This document shows positions 21,266 through 31,337 of a stretch of 64,000 nucleotides of DNA, in pieces. The translations under genes and the position numbers were made by a program. The notes beneath the pieces were generated by a model that was not told the origin of the DNA, ran no database searches, and saw nothing but the letters and a program-made list of their open reading frames with translations. Each line of letters begins with the position of its first letter. Position 1 is the first letter of the stretch. The stretch is from an uncultured cyanobacterium (GTDB taxonomy: Bacteria > Cyanobacteriota > Cyanobacteriia > Cyanobacteriales > Nostocaceae): the NCBI GenBank assembly GCA_963706595.1, contig OY970166.1, positions 3,776,001-3,840,000 of the forward strand. The letters are read 5' to 3'.

Positions 21266-23536
21266 TTATCTGGCAATTTGCCTCATATAATTACCCCACA
21301 GTTGAGCAGCTTGACCGCTACTACCGGATGTAGGCGAATTATTATCATTACCTAGCCAAATCCCAGTTACCAGCCGCCGATTGGGGATAGAACCAATAAA
21401 CCAGAGGTCAACGTTTTTATCAGTTGTGCCGGTTTTACCACCTTCCCCTAATCCAATCGCGGCAGCACGACCAGTACCGCTAGTGACTGCTTGACGCATC
21501 ATCCGGGTGATTTCGTCAGCTACACCTGTGGGTAAGACTTGCTGGTTGGCGTTGCGATTTTGGTCAAAGGAATAAACAACACGGCAGGTTGTTAAGTTAT
21601 CACGATCTGAACAATCACTACTGTCTAAAATCCGGCTAATTGCATGAGGTGGATTCCATACACCACGATTAGTAATAGCGCCAAAAGCCCCGGTCATTTC
21701 TAAAACATTAACTACACTTTGACCCAGGACTAAGCCGGGAACTGCTTCGAGTGATGACTTGACTCCTAAGCGCTTGGCCGTGGATACGACTTGATTTAGC
21801 CCTACTTCTCTAGCAATTCTCAGAGCAATAGGATTTTCCGACTGGGCAAACCCAACGGTCATATTTAAGAAATTCCCCGCACCACTTCTACAGGGTCTGT
21901 AGGTAAAACCTTGCCAAGGTAGGGCAGCACAGGAATAAGTTTTGGAGGCTGGTATCCCCTTCTCTAGCGCCGCAGCGAAGGCGAAAACTTTGAAGGTGGA
22001 ACCTGGTTGTCTTTGGGCTTGGACAGCGCGGTTAAACTGGCTTTGTCTAAAATCAGTCCCGCCTACCATAGACAAAATACTTCCAGTGCTAGTGTCTAGG
22101 GTAACGATCGCGCCTTGAGAAAAACGAAAGGTTGAGCCAGCAGTGTTAACTGAATTACGCAACGCTGTTTCTGCTTGGTTTTGGATTCTGGGGTCGAGCT
22201 GGGTTTCGATGATATAGTTACCTTCTCTAGCAGCTCCTGCTCCCAAAATTGATTCTAGTTCTTGAAAAACATAACTGTAAAAGTAAGGAGCAATGGTACT
22301 AGCTTGGCGATCGCAAACTTTGGGGCTAATTTGAACTGGGGAACGTCTGGCTCGATTAGCTTCTGCTTCTGATACTTTCCCCAGGTCTAACATTCGCCTA
22401 ATCACGCGATTGCGATATTCATCTACTGGTAGGCGATTCGAGCTATCTCCACAAAAATTGAACGCGTTGGGAGCAGGTAAAATTCCCACTAATGTTGCAG
22501 CTTCGGAAAGGGTTAATTCTTTGGCTGGCTTCTCAAAGTAATAACGAGCCGCATCCTCAAAGCCGGATGTATCCACGCCCAAAAATACTCGATTTAAGTA
22601 AGTCAGCAAGATGTCATCTTTACTGTAAAAAGTTTCCAGTTTGAAGGAAACAACAGCCTCCCGCAGTTTGCGTCCCAAGGAGTCCTGAGCGCCCACATAG
22701 TCCCGGAATAAACTCCGCGCTACTTGCTGGGTTACAGTGCTGGCTCCCTGCTGCACACCTCCACTGCGAGTATTGATTAGCACGGCTCGCAAAATTCCCA
22801 AAGGGTCAATCCCAAAGTGCCAATTGTAACGGCTATCTTCTGAGGACACTACGGCTGCGGCTAAATAAGGACCAAAATCATCCAAGCGCTGCATATCCAC
22901 GTGGGAGGTACTCCGAGGTTCGCGCAGGGGAGTCGAGCCATCACGGGCATAAATGACGATGGGAGCGCTAGTAGCAGTGGGTAGAGGTCTCACAGAGAAT
23001 TTGAGCCATTCCACGCCGATGACTAACCCCACTAAGGCGCTAACACCAGTAATCCCGTAAGCAGCCCAAGTTGCTGCTTTAATATGCAGGGGTGGTGGAT
23101 CGACATATTGCAGGCGGACTGAAGCTGCTAGTTCTGGTGGCCCTAAAGTAAAAATATCACCGTGACGCAGTTCTAAGGTATTAACCCGGCGTTTACCACG
23201 ATAAATACCGTTAGTGGAGTTTTCATCTTTGATCACAAAAACGGGGGTGCGTTGAGCCGAATCCCGCGACAGTGACAGGTGAATTTGGCTGACAACTGGG
23301 TTGCGAATGACTATATCACAGGATTTGGAACTACGACCGAGGATGTAGCGATCGCCTAACAACGGATAGACCTCCGCCTTATCCGCCCCCGCATCCTGCA
23401 CCCATATCTCTGGTACTTTGGCATTAGGCTTGAGCGCCAATTTGGAAAAATCGACTCTCGCTTGAATAGTCTGTACGGCTTGAGTCAGTTGACCAAGTAA
23501 AGTTTGTGGCTTGTGAGGAGGTTGGGGGGAACTCAT
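21266..23536 (-). CDS. Class A penicillin-binding protein with an N-terminal FHA domain
   Basis: FHA (ILGRS..VSQIH..STNG), transglycosylase (EDSRY..H.GID, GASTVTQQ, RKLRE), transpeptidase (STFK, SEN, KTG). Confidence 0.93.
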   Translation of the reverse strand: MSSPQPPHKPQTLLGQLTQAVQTIQARVDFSKLALKPNAKVPEIWVQDAGADKAEVYPLLGDRYILGRSSKSCDIVIRNPVVSQIHLSLSRDSAQRTPVFVIKDENSTNGIYRGKRRVNTLELRHGDIFTLGPPELAASVRLQYVDPPPLHIKAATWAAYGITGVSALVGLVIGVEWLKFSVRPLPTATSAPIVIYARDGSTPLREPRSTSHVDMQRLDDFGPYLAAAVVSSEDSRYNWHFGIDPLGILRAVLINTRSGGVQQGASTVTQQVARSLFRDYVGAQDSLGRKLREAVVSFKLETFYSKDDILLTYLNRVFLGVDTSGFEDAARYYFEKPAKELTLSEAATLVGILPAPNAFNFCGDSSNRLPVDEYRNRVIRRMLDLGKVSEAEANRARRSPVQISPKVCDRQASTIAPYFYSYVFQELESILGAGAAREGNYIIETQLDPRIQNQAETALRNSVNTAGSTFRFSQGAIVTLDTSTGSILSMVGGTDFRQSQFNRAVQAQRQPGSTFKVFAFAAALEKGIPASKTYSCAALPWQGFTYRPCRSGAGNFLNMTVGFAQSENPIALRIAREVGLNQVVSTAKRLGVKSSLEAVPGLVLGQSVVNVLEMTGAFGAITNRGVWNPPHAISRILDSSDCSDRDNLTTCRVVYSFDQNRNANQQVLPTGVADEITRMMRQAVTSGTGRAAAIGLGEGGKTGTTDKNVDLWFIGSIPNRRLVTGIWLGNDNNSPTSGSSGQAAQLWGNYMRQIAR

Positions 23537-23975
23537 CGGCTATTTACATCACAATTGTTGGCAAAGAATCAGGCAATGACAATCTGGATACAGATATTCC
23601 ACCATTTTACTCATAAGCCAAAGCAGAAATTGGCTATACGGAATTCTTACCGATTCAATCTTACACTAAGATAATATCCACTCAGAAAACTTACTCTATT
23701 GGGTTTGTTACTTTTCCACTGCTACCAAATTTAGGTTCTATAGTCTGTTGTCTTGATTTCTCTGACTATTATTTATCTCATCATCAGGGTTAATACTTTG
23801 ACTTGGGTGCTGCTAAAAACCAACTTTTAATTTACAGTCAATTTAAAGTTTACACCCCAAAATTCATATATATCTTGTCCCTGATTTATACATCCTCATT
23901 TAGACAGATTTTCTCAAATTAGTTGTTTGATTTAATTGGCGGAGTGTTCTGTTTCCGTTGAGGTTAATTTCACAA

Positions 23976-24371
23976 ATGTTGGGAAAATATCTGACCCTGA
24001 TTGGTACAGCTTTGACTTTGGCTCTGACTACCAATGTTGCTGTTGCCGAATCAAGTAAATCCCCAGTCGCCGAATCCGATAGCTTATCCATGAATGCGCC
24101 CACGGAAATCAAGCTCTCACCCGAAGGGATGAAAATTCTGTGTGAGCGATCGCCTCTTAATTCCCGTTGTCCAGGAGGGACTGCACTTGTACCTCCTACC
24201 TCTGGTACTATTCCTGTACCAGCTTTGGATGGTAACACCACTCCTGACACCATAACTACACCAGAAACTTTGATGCCGGAAGGAGCTGAACCGAATAGTA
24301 GCTCAACTCCAGCACCAGAAACTTTGATGAAGAATGAGTTGGAGTTTCAGCGTGAACCCAACCCCCAATAA
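23976..24371 (+). CDS. Secreted hypothetical protein (signal peptide, Cys pair, Pro/Thr-rich tail)
   Basis: Hydrophobic N-terminus ending AVA; LCERSPLNSRC. Confidence 0.7.
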   Translation: MLGKYLTLIGTALTLALTTNVAVAESSKSPVAESDSLSMNAPTEIKLSPEGMKILCERSPLNSRCPGGTALVPPTSGTIPVPALDGNTTPDTITTPETLMPEGAEPNSSSTPAPETLMKNELEFQREPNPQ

Positions 24372-24515
24372 ATTAGCAAAATACAAGATGCCCAAAACTC
24401 TAACTGCGAGTAGTTAAAATTTAGGGATAAATGCTCGTTTTAATAATCCCATGACTGTAAAAATTTGGCTATGTTTATGCTCAAACAAAAGTCGTGGGAT
24501 TATTAAGTCTTAACA

Positions 24516-24992
24516 TTAGCTTGACCTGTCGGTAGAACTTGGTGTTTTTTGGAAAGAAGCAATTAACAAACAAACAATACCAATACTAATAAATGAATCT
24601 GCCAAATTAAATACAGCAAAATTAATCAAGCGAAAATCGAGAAAATCAACGACATAGCCTAAAACGAAGCGATCAATCCCATTGCCCAAGGCTCCACCTA
24701 AAATTAAACCATAGCCTAACTGATCCCAAGAATTTAACTCCTGACCAAACCAAGCCAATGCTATCAATACCAGACTCACACCCAAAGATAGCCAGCGTAA
24801 CCACTCTACTTTCCCACTGAATAGACTAAAAGCTGCACCAGTATTAGTGACATAGGTCAGATGAAATATATTAGGTAGTATTGGTAGTGTCTGTCCCAAG
24901 CTAAAGGTCTGCACTACCCAGTATTTTGTCAATTGATCTAAGAAAAAAGTGATGAAGGCCGCAATCCAAAAGAGATGATTTTTTAAACGCAT
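24516..24992 (-). CDS. lspA: Lipoprotein signal peptidase II
   Basis: DQLTK, NTGAAFS, GGALGNGIDR, VVDF, FNLAD. Confidence 0.96.
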   Translation of the reverse strand: MRLKNHLFWIAAFITFFLDQLTKYWVVQTFSLGQTLPILPNIFHLTYVTNTGAAFSLFSGKVEWLRWLSLGVSLVLIALAWFGQELNSWDQLGYGLILGGALGNGIDRFVLGYVVDFLDFRLINFAVFNLADSFISIGIVCLLIASFQKTPSSTDRSS

Positions 24993-24997
24993 GAAAT

Positions 24998-25118
24998 TAG
25001 GGAGTAGGGAGTAGGGAGTAGGGAGTAGGGAGTAGGGAGTGGGGAGTAGGGAGTGGGGAGTAGGGAGTAGGGAGTAGGGAGTAGGGAGTAGGGAGTAGGG
25101 AGTAGGGAGTAGGGAGTA
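24998..25118. repeat. STRR heptamer array (about 17 x TAGGGAG/TGGGGAG)
   Basis: Directly visible. Confidence 0.95.
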
Positions 25119-25237
25119 GGAAGTGAGAGCTATTACAGCATGGGGTAACTAGGCATACCATTTCAAAAAGTTCAAAATCCCAAAATAAAAGTCTTTTGAC
25201 TTTTGACGAACGCGTAGCCGCAGTAACCCCGCCATAA

Positions 25238-25821
25238 CTAATAAAACATGAGATGACGTAATACATAAGCTATTAAGGTGACAGCGCACACTACAGCTAG
25301 TTGACCGGGTAGTGCAAACCAAGAATATCTGAGAATTGCTGGCATTAGAGCCAAATTTTCTGTGCCTTTCCACTGAAAAAGATAACTGATGAGCAAATAA
25401 GTAACGCCGCAGAGGTGGACAGTTAACAAGCCCGACATACAACTAAAAGCCAGGGTTTCTAATTTAGGTCTGGCTTTAAAGGCTAAATAGCCACAAATCC
25501 ATGCTCCAGGAATAAAGCCTAGTAGATACCCAAACTGAGATAGCTTAACATAACCAATACCGCCACCATCAGCAAATACAGGCAGCAAGGTTAAACCCAT
25601 GACTAAATAAGCGATTTGCGATAGTGCGCCAGCATTTTTACCTCCTAAGCAACCTACTAATAACACTGCACCAACTTGACAGGTAACACCTAGAGAAAAA
25701 GTCTGAATTCCTTGCTTACTCCAACTCCAAGGGCCAGGCAATACCATAAGCTTCTAGGAAGGTCACCGCCCATTGTCAAGAGCAAGCCAACCATAGACCA
25801 CAGTAATTGAACAGTTCCCAC
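25238..25821 (-). pseudogene. bioY: Biotin transporter BioY with two apparent +1 insertions near the 5' end (or sequencing errors)
   Basis: QLLWSMVGLLLTMGG / TFLEAYGIA / PWSWSKQG...SQIAYL.MGL..LPVFADGGG lie in three frames; extra bases at about 25764 and 25732. Confidence 0.75.
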
Positions 25822-26022
25822 ATTTCCAACACTTTCAGCCATTTTACTTTTACAAATGCTCAAACAATGTTTAAAAGGATGATCACCTGTGTTTGAGATT
25901 CTGTTTTGAGCATAATTTTATACACATTCTTGTGATCGACTCATGCTTATTTTTCATTATGACAAGTGAATCATATTTTTAGTTTATTGTGTACCTAGTA
26001 TTCAGGATTAATCTTCCTATGT

Positions 26023-26702
26023 CTGCTATATAAATGTTAGACAAAGCTAGACATTTACTTCTTGCGTCAAAGGGAGCATGGGAGCGGTTATCCCTCAGCA
26101 AGCTTTCAAGGTTTAGCCAACCTTGATAAAACTATTGCTGCGTTTAAATCTCTGTCCATCGAATGCCCACAATTTTGGCAATTGTAGACTCTTTCCGAAA
26201 GTGGCATATCTTGAATATGCCCACAATTAGAACAGGTTTTGGTTGATGGAAACCAACGGTCAGCAATAATTATTTCACAACCAAACTTTTGAGCTTTATA
26301 TTCTAGCTGACGCGTGAATTCATGAAATCCGCAATCAGCAATTACTTGAGCTAATTTATGATTAGATAGCATTCCCAAAACATTCAAATTCTCTACTACT
26401 ATTTTTGCGTGGTTTTTGCATAAGTAAGTAGTGATTTTGTGAAGGGTATTTTTTCTCAAGTTAGCTATCTTAGCATGATGCCTAGCTAATATAATTCTAA
26501 ATGATTCTTGATTAGCTACAATTATTTCGCAACCAACAGAGTTGGATAACTCCTGTATAAATTCAAAAGCAAAACGACACATTCTATCTTTATGAGCTAT
26601 TACAATAATTGCGATTTCGCCTTGAAGCATAGACATCATAATTGATAAGAACTTCTTTCTTTTAAAGTTTAAGCCTCCGCCAATCTCCGATACCCATTCG
26701 TC
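26023..26702 (-). mobile_element. Internally deleted IS607-family remnant (tnpA fragment fused in frame to the tnpB C-terminus, right end retained)
   Basis: EIGGGLNFKRKKF...HKDRMCRFAFE (serine recombinase) joined to RKNTLHKITT...STKTCSNCG...DRDLNAA (TnpB); ends ...TTTATATAGCAG. Confidence 0.8.
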
Positions 26703-27166
26703 ATGTTACCCATAGCCCCAACTCCGGTGCTGACTCGGTAACGATTGGTTTGAGCAAATCACAGGAAATGAGTTGACCAAGTAAAAGAGTTATCACACTC
26801 CGCCATAACTACTGCATCGCTACTCTCAAAGATGATTTTTTGAATTGCAGCCATTAAAAATTCTGGTCGCACGGGATAGTCTACATCTGCAAGCGGTGCA
26901 ATGACTTGGTATTGGGGATGAGGTAGACAGATATCTCTGCAAGTAGGTTGAGTATCTGGCCATTTCGGCGAATTGCCGAATCTCCTCTGCGGCGTGACGA
27001 GCGCCAAAACCTACCCAGATGGCCAAATTACCGGCTGATATTAATTCTACAGATTTAGCGATCGCCTCCCCTTGAGAGGTCTTATGAAAACTCGGTACAG
27101 TTGGTAATCCCTGGAGCATCTGTGGTGAAAACCACCGTTGGGCGCTCGCAGTTATTATTTTCCCAT
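26703..27166 (-). pseudogene. scyA: Fragments of a ScyA-like thiamine-pyrophosphate enzyme
   Basis: FTTDAPGITN, AIWVGFGARHAAEEIRQFAE, VRPEFLMAAIQK...MAECDNSFTWSTHFL*F...RYRVSTGVGAMG, collapsed by deletions. Confidence 0.7.
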
Positions 27167-27191
27167 AATTGTCTTGCTGATCACAAACAAT

Positions 27192-27302
27192 CTAGTACAA
27201 GTCGGCGTAAATAAACAGACCATTCAAAATCCATGAAAAGCCCATTTTATAAGCTTTTTGACTTTTGACTTTTGACTTTTGACTTCCGCCTTGCGGTACT
27301 AG
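27192..27302. mobile_element. MITE-like element with CTAGTAC...GTACTAG termini
   Basis: Inverted termini and TTTTGAC tandem units; relatives elsewhere in the window. Confidence 0.7.
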
Positions 27303-28164
27303 TGTTAAATTATTTTTCTTTTATGACATATATTTCTCAAGACAGATGACTAAGCAACCTATCATATAGTTAAATCTTTAACAATACATGAGAGGCTAAG
27401 AAAAATTACCAATCTCAGTTTATCCGCCAAAATTTATTCATGATGTTAGCAAAATTTAGTCTTTATGCACTGTAAAAATCCGATATTTTATGAATTAATA
27501 CAATGATGTAGTTTCAGATTTGTAGTCACATCCTTAGAGCGAAAAAATAAGCGCTATGCTGCTGATTATAGATATAGCTTCTCTTGCAACAATTAACCGT
27601 TTATATTTAAATATTTCTCAAAACTTGCATTTATCAATTAAGTGGTTACATGGAAATTAAGATTATTTTTATCAGTGCATCATTCTTAGAGAATGTTTTC
27701 AAAGTTTTGGGCGAATATAATCGGGCTACGCTTCGCGTTAGCGATACGCTACTACACAGGTAAATTCCACCTGCTTGGACTAATACAAAATCAAGGTTTT
27801 CAAAGTCACCTGCGTGGGTTTCGTTTGGGTGGTTCCGTGACTTCCAGTCACCAGGGCTGGAATAAATTAGACTTTTCCAACACCCTCTTAGACTAATAGA
27901 ATAGATACATTTGCATTATACAACTTTCTTTGTGACTGATTTATATGATTTAGAATCAATAAATTTAAAATCCTAGTTTGGTCACAAGATTAAAATAATA
28001 ATGAGATTTATTGATCTAAATATTGTTAATTTAATAATGGAGATTTACGAAATAAATTCATCCTATTTTAATTAATTTATGTTAATTTATTAGCAGAAAA
28101 TTCACAAGTAATTGCAGGTATTTTCGATTCTATTACTGACTTATCATCAGGAGAAAGTAAAGTC

Positions 28165-29280
28165 ATGAACTCTAGTGAACATACATTAGTTTTCTCCAAT
28201 TTTCAATGGAATCTACAGCCAGAAATAAATTTAAAATTCGCTTACTTTTTGATAAATCAAGCTGTAAATGCCGCTTTCTGTGTAGGAGAAAATGAGCAAT
28301 TTATTTATGTTAATGATGCTACTTGCCAAATGACTGAGTATTCTCGTGAAGAATTACTTTCTATGAAACATAATGAAAATACAGCAGCTAACTTGGAATA
28401 CCAAGAAATGAATCTTTTAACAAAAGACGGTACAGAACGCTGGCTAGCTTGTGCGGTTGTAAAACTCGATGGTATGCTAGATTTCGGGGAAAAACCAGTC
28501 GAATTGATTACAGGGATTGATATTACAAATTATAAAAATGTCGAATCAGACCTGAACCAGGCTTTAGAACAAGCAAAACAACTCGGCAAACTCAGAGCGC
28601 AGTTTCTGGCTATGGTTTGTCATCAATTTCGGACTCCATTGAATATTGTTTCATTCTCCAATAGCTTACTTAAACAACAAGTAGACAAACAGACGCAGCA
28701 GAAAATTCAACCATTAATTGAACATATTGAAACAGCCATTACACAAATCAGCCAGATGTTGGATGATATTTTGTTATTTGCAAAGGCAGAAACAGCCAAA
28801 ATAACTTTTGAGCCTCAACCGCTTGATTTAATCCAGTTGTGCAATAATTTGGTGGCACAAATGCATAGAAGCATGAGCCAAAAACCAATAAATTTTGTTA
28901 GTCAATTTGACTGCCTAACAGCCTGTATTGATCCCAAATTGCTAGAACCTATTTTGAAGAATTTGCTCGAAAATGCCATTAAATATTCTCCTTCTTCCAT
29001 GATGGTTGATTTTATTCTGGCTTGCGAAAATAGTCAGTTAATTTTCCAGGTCAAAGACCAGGGAATTGGTATTCCACTAGAAGATCAACAAAAGTTATTT
29101 GAACCATTTTATCGGGGAAGTAATATCCAAAATATACCCGGTAATGGACTGGGATTATCGATTATCAAAACCTTTGTAGATTTACATTGCGGTCAAGTAG
29201 CGCTGGAAAGTCAGTTAGGTGTAGGCACTACCTTTACTGTGATGTTGCCATTAATAAAATCAGAAGTTCTCCTTCCCTAG
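28165..29280 (+). CDS. PAS sensor histidine kinase, scytonemin-locus type, apparently internally deleted
   Basis: FIYVNDATCQMTEYSREELLSM half-PAS, HQFRTPL H-box, NAIKYS, DQGIG, GLGL; divergent from the scyA remnant. Confidence 0.8.
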   Translation: MNSSEHTLVFSNFQWNLQPEINLKFAYFLINQAVNAAFCVGENEQFIYVNDATCQMTEYSREELLSMKHNENTAANLEYQEMNLLTKDGTERWLACAVVKLDGMLDFGEKPVELITGIDITNYKNVESDLNQALEQAKQLGKLRAQFLAMVCHQFRTPLNIVSFSNSLLKQQVDKQTQQKIQPLIEHIETAITQISQMLDDILLFAKAETAKITFEPQPLDLIQLCNNLVAQMHRSMSQKPINFVSQFDCLTACIDPKLLEPILKNLLENAIKYSPSSMMVDFILACENSQLIFQVKDQGIGIPLEDQQKLFEPFYRGSNIQNIPGNGLGLSIIKTFVDLHCGQVALESQLGVGTTFTVMLPLIKSEVLLP

Positions 29281-29324
29281 TGATAAGTGTTGAATGAACA
29301 TGGTTATTAATTAACTAATTAATA

Positions 29325-29645
29325 TTTATTGAAGTCCATGATCACGAAGGAATTACACTATGTGCTGTGGCTGAAGCAGTTGGTTACTCACCTGCTTACT
29401 TAACTAACCAAGTGGGAAAACAGACAGGTGAGACGATCAATAGTTGGATTGTTAAGCGCCGGATGCAAGGAGCGCGTTTTTTACTGCAAAATGATCACCA
29501 AACAGTCGAGCAAATTTCCAGAGCATTGGGTTATGAAGATGTTTCCCATTTCTCCCGCCAGTTTCGTCAACATTATGATTTACCTCCCCATGCTTGGCGC
29601 AAAGAACACCAAGTGGGATATTACAAAGTCAAAGTCAGTAGTTAG
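29325..29645 (+). pseudogene. AraC-type DNA-binding domain of a response regulator whose receiver domain is missing
   Basis: FIEVH..EGITLCAVAEAVGYSPAYLT...LGYEDVSHFSRQFRQHYDLPP; only about 45 bp separate it from the kinase stop. Confidence 0.75.
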
Positions 29646-29884
29646 GAAATAAAATCAATAAATCTCCAAAATATTCTTTTGAGAATTCTTTTGAGATGAA
29701 GGAGAGAATTTGACAATCTCCCGCCACAGTTTACAACTTGGCGGGAGATTCCTGCTGTATATTAACTTGCTTTTTAGTGATGATCGGACTGAGTTTGATT
29801 CAGGATAATTCTGTGTAAATTTTAGCGATAAAATAAAATTTCCATGTAACAAATTGATCTGAAAAAGTATATTTTTTTGCCTTT

Positions 29885-29903
29885 GTTAACCTTTTGTTTA
29901 CCT
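29885..29903 (+). promoter_or_regulatory. Putative Pho box (SphR site)
   Basis: GTTAACCT-ttt-GTTTACCT direct repeats with an 11-bp period upstream of pstS; resembles the PyTTAAPyPy(T/A) consensus. Confidence 0.65.
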
Positions 29904-30002
29904 TTGGATGTATCTACTAAGGGTATCCTTATTCACTGTACATACATAAATGCACGAAGAATTGACAGTGATGCTTGTGTCATCGAGCAAGCCTCAGACC
30001 TG

Positions 30003-30059
30003 TCCAGTGGTACTGCTACAACTGTAGACTTTGGTGCCAGTGATGTTGCCATGACCGAT
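30003..30059 (+). pseudogene. Small remnant of another pstS
   Basis: Encodes SSGTAT-TVDFGASDVAMTD, a PstS signature that differs from the intact copy (TVDFGASEAPITD). Confidence 0.7.
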
Positions 30060-30102
30060 AAAGCAAGGTCTTTTTGATCTGAATCCGTAGTCGTTTCGCA
30101 AA

Positions 30103-31227
30103 GTGAATATATTTTTCATGGTTCTCAATCGCAAAGTCCTTTTAGCAATCGCCACTCTACCCATGATGTTGGTAGCAACAGCCTGTGCGCCTAGCCCAGA
30201 AGCTGGTAATGATGCTAGCCCAGATGGTACAAATGTTAGTAGTGGTAGCGGGCAGAAGATCACCATTAGTGGAGCTGGGGCAACCTTCCCTGCACCTATT
30301 TTTCAACGGTGGTTTGATGCCTATAATCGCCAAGTTGACCCTAATGTACAGGTGAGCTATCAGTCCATAGGAAGTGGCGCAGGTTTGGAGCAGTACATCA
30401 ATGATACCGTAGACTTTGGAGCCAGTGAAGCACCCATTACTGACTCTCCTGATCGGCTAAAGTCCTTCAAAGCAACTCACCCTTACGAGCCGATCCAAAT
30501 TCCCATGACTGGAGGTTTTTTATCTTTTTCCTACAACTTGCCAGGAATTAAAGATCAAGAACTGAGACTTTCCCGTACAACCTATTGTGGCATCGTTACA
30601 GGCAAAATTACTCGCTGGAGTGATCCTGCGATCGCCAAGGATAACCCCGGTTTAAAGATCCCCGACTTAGCCTTGACCTTTGCTCACCGTTCTGATGGTA
30701 GTGGTACTACTTTTGTGTTCACCAACCACATTCAAACTGTCTGCCCAGACTGGAAGTCTGGCGCGGGAACATCAGTAGACTGGCCCGTGGGTATTGGCGG
30801 TCAAGGTAACGAAGGAGTAGCCGCCACCATTCAGCAGAATGAAGGAGCCATTGGTTATTTATCCTATGCCTACGCTGCCTTGAACGACATTAGTTCCGCC
30901 GTAATTCAAAACAAAGCCGGAACCTTTATCGCCCCATCCCCGGAAGCAGCCGGCAAAGCTTTACTAGATGAACCAGTACCGGAAAACTTCGCCCTTTTAG
31001 TCCCCGATCCGTCTGGTGTTGATTCCTACCCCATAGTCGGTCTAGCTTGGGTGATGATCTATCGCGAGTATGAAGACGATGCCAAATGGCAAGCTATGCG
31101 TAAGGTCTTTGAATGGTCTTTAGGCCCCGAAGGCAAGAAAATAGCAGAAGAACTGCTTTATGTTCCCATTCCTGATGCTTTAGTAGAACGGATTAAAAAG
31201 CAGTTTGATACTGTGAACGCCAAGTAA
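30103..31227 (+). CDS. pstS: Phosphate ABC transporter substrate-binding lipoprotein (alternative start ATG 30118)
   Basis: Lipobox ATAC, GAGATFPAP, SIGSGAG, HRSDGSGTT. Confidence 0.95.
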   Translation: MNIFFMVLNRKVLLAIATLPMMLVATACAPSPEAGNDASPDGTNVSSGSGQKITISGAGATFPAPIFQRWFDAYNRQVDPNVQVSYQSIGSGAGLEQYINDTVDFGASEAPITDSPDRLKSFKATHPYEPIQIPMTGGFLSFSYNLPGIKDQELRLSRTTYCGIVTGKITRWSDPAIAKDNPGLKIPDLALTFAHRSDGSGTTFVFTNHIQTVCPDWKSGAGTSVDWPVGIGGQGNEGVAATIQQNEGAIGYLSYAYAALNDISSAVIQNKAGTFIAPSPEAAGKALLDEPVPENFALLVPDPSGVDSYPIVGLAWVMIYREYEDDAKWQAMRKVFEWSLGPEGKKIAEELLYVPIPDALVERIKKQFDTVNAK

Positions 31228-31240
31228 GGATCTGAGATTA

Positions 31241-31273
31241 TTGGGAGTGTGCTTGATCATCAAACACTCCCAA
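31241..31273 (+). other. Intercistronic stem-loop after pstS (probable mRNA-stabilising or attenuating hairpin)
   Basis: TTGGGAGTGT...ACACTCCCAA perfect 10-bp arms. Confidence 0.65.
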
Positions 31274-31337
31274 AATTTATCCAGGACACCTGAGTTGGGA
31301 CATGACCATGTAACAATATTATGGAGGGGAAAAAGTC

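Noticed and set aside
24997..25266. ORF with LLPTPYS repeats (similar ORFs at 918..1106, 6377..6574 and 45434..45691)
   Set aside because: These are translations of STRR or MITE sequence, not credible genes.
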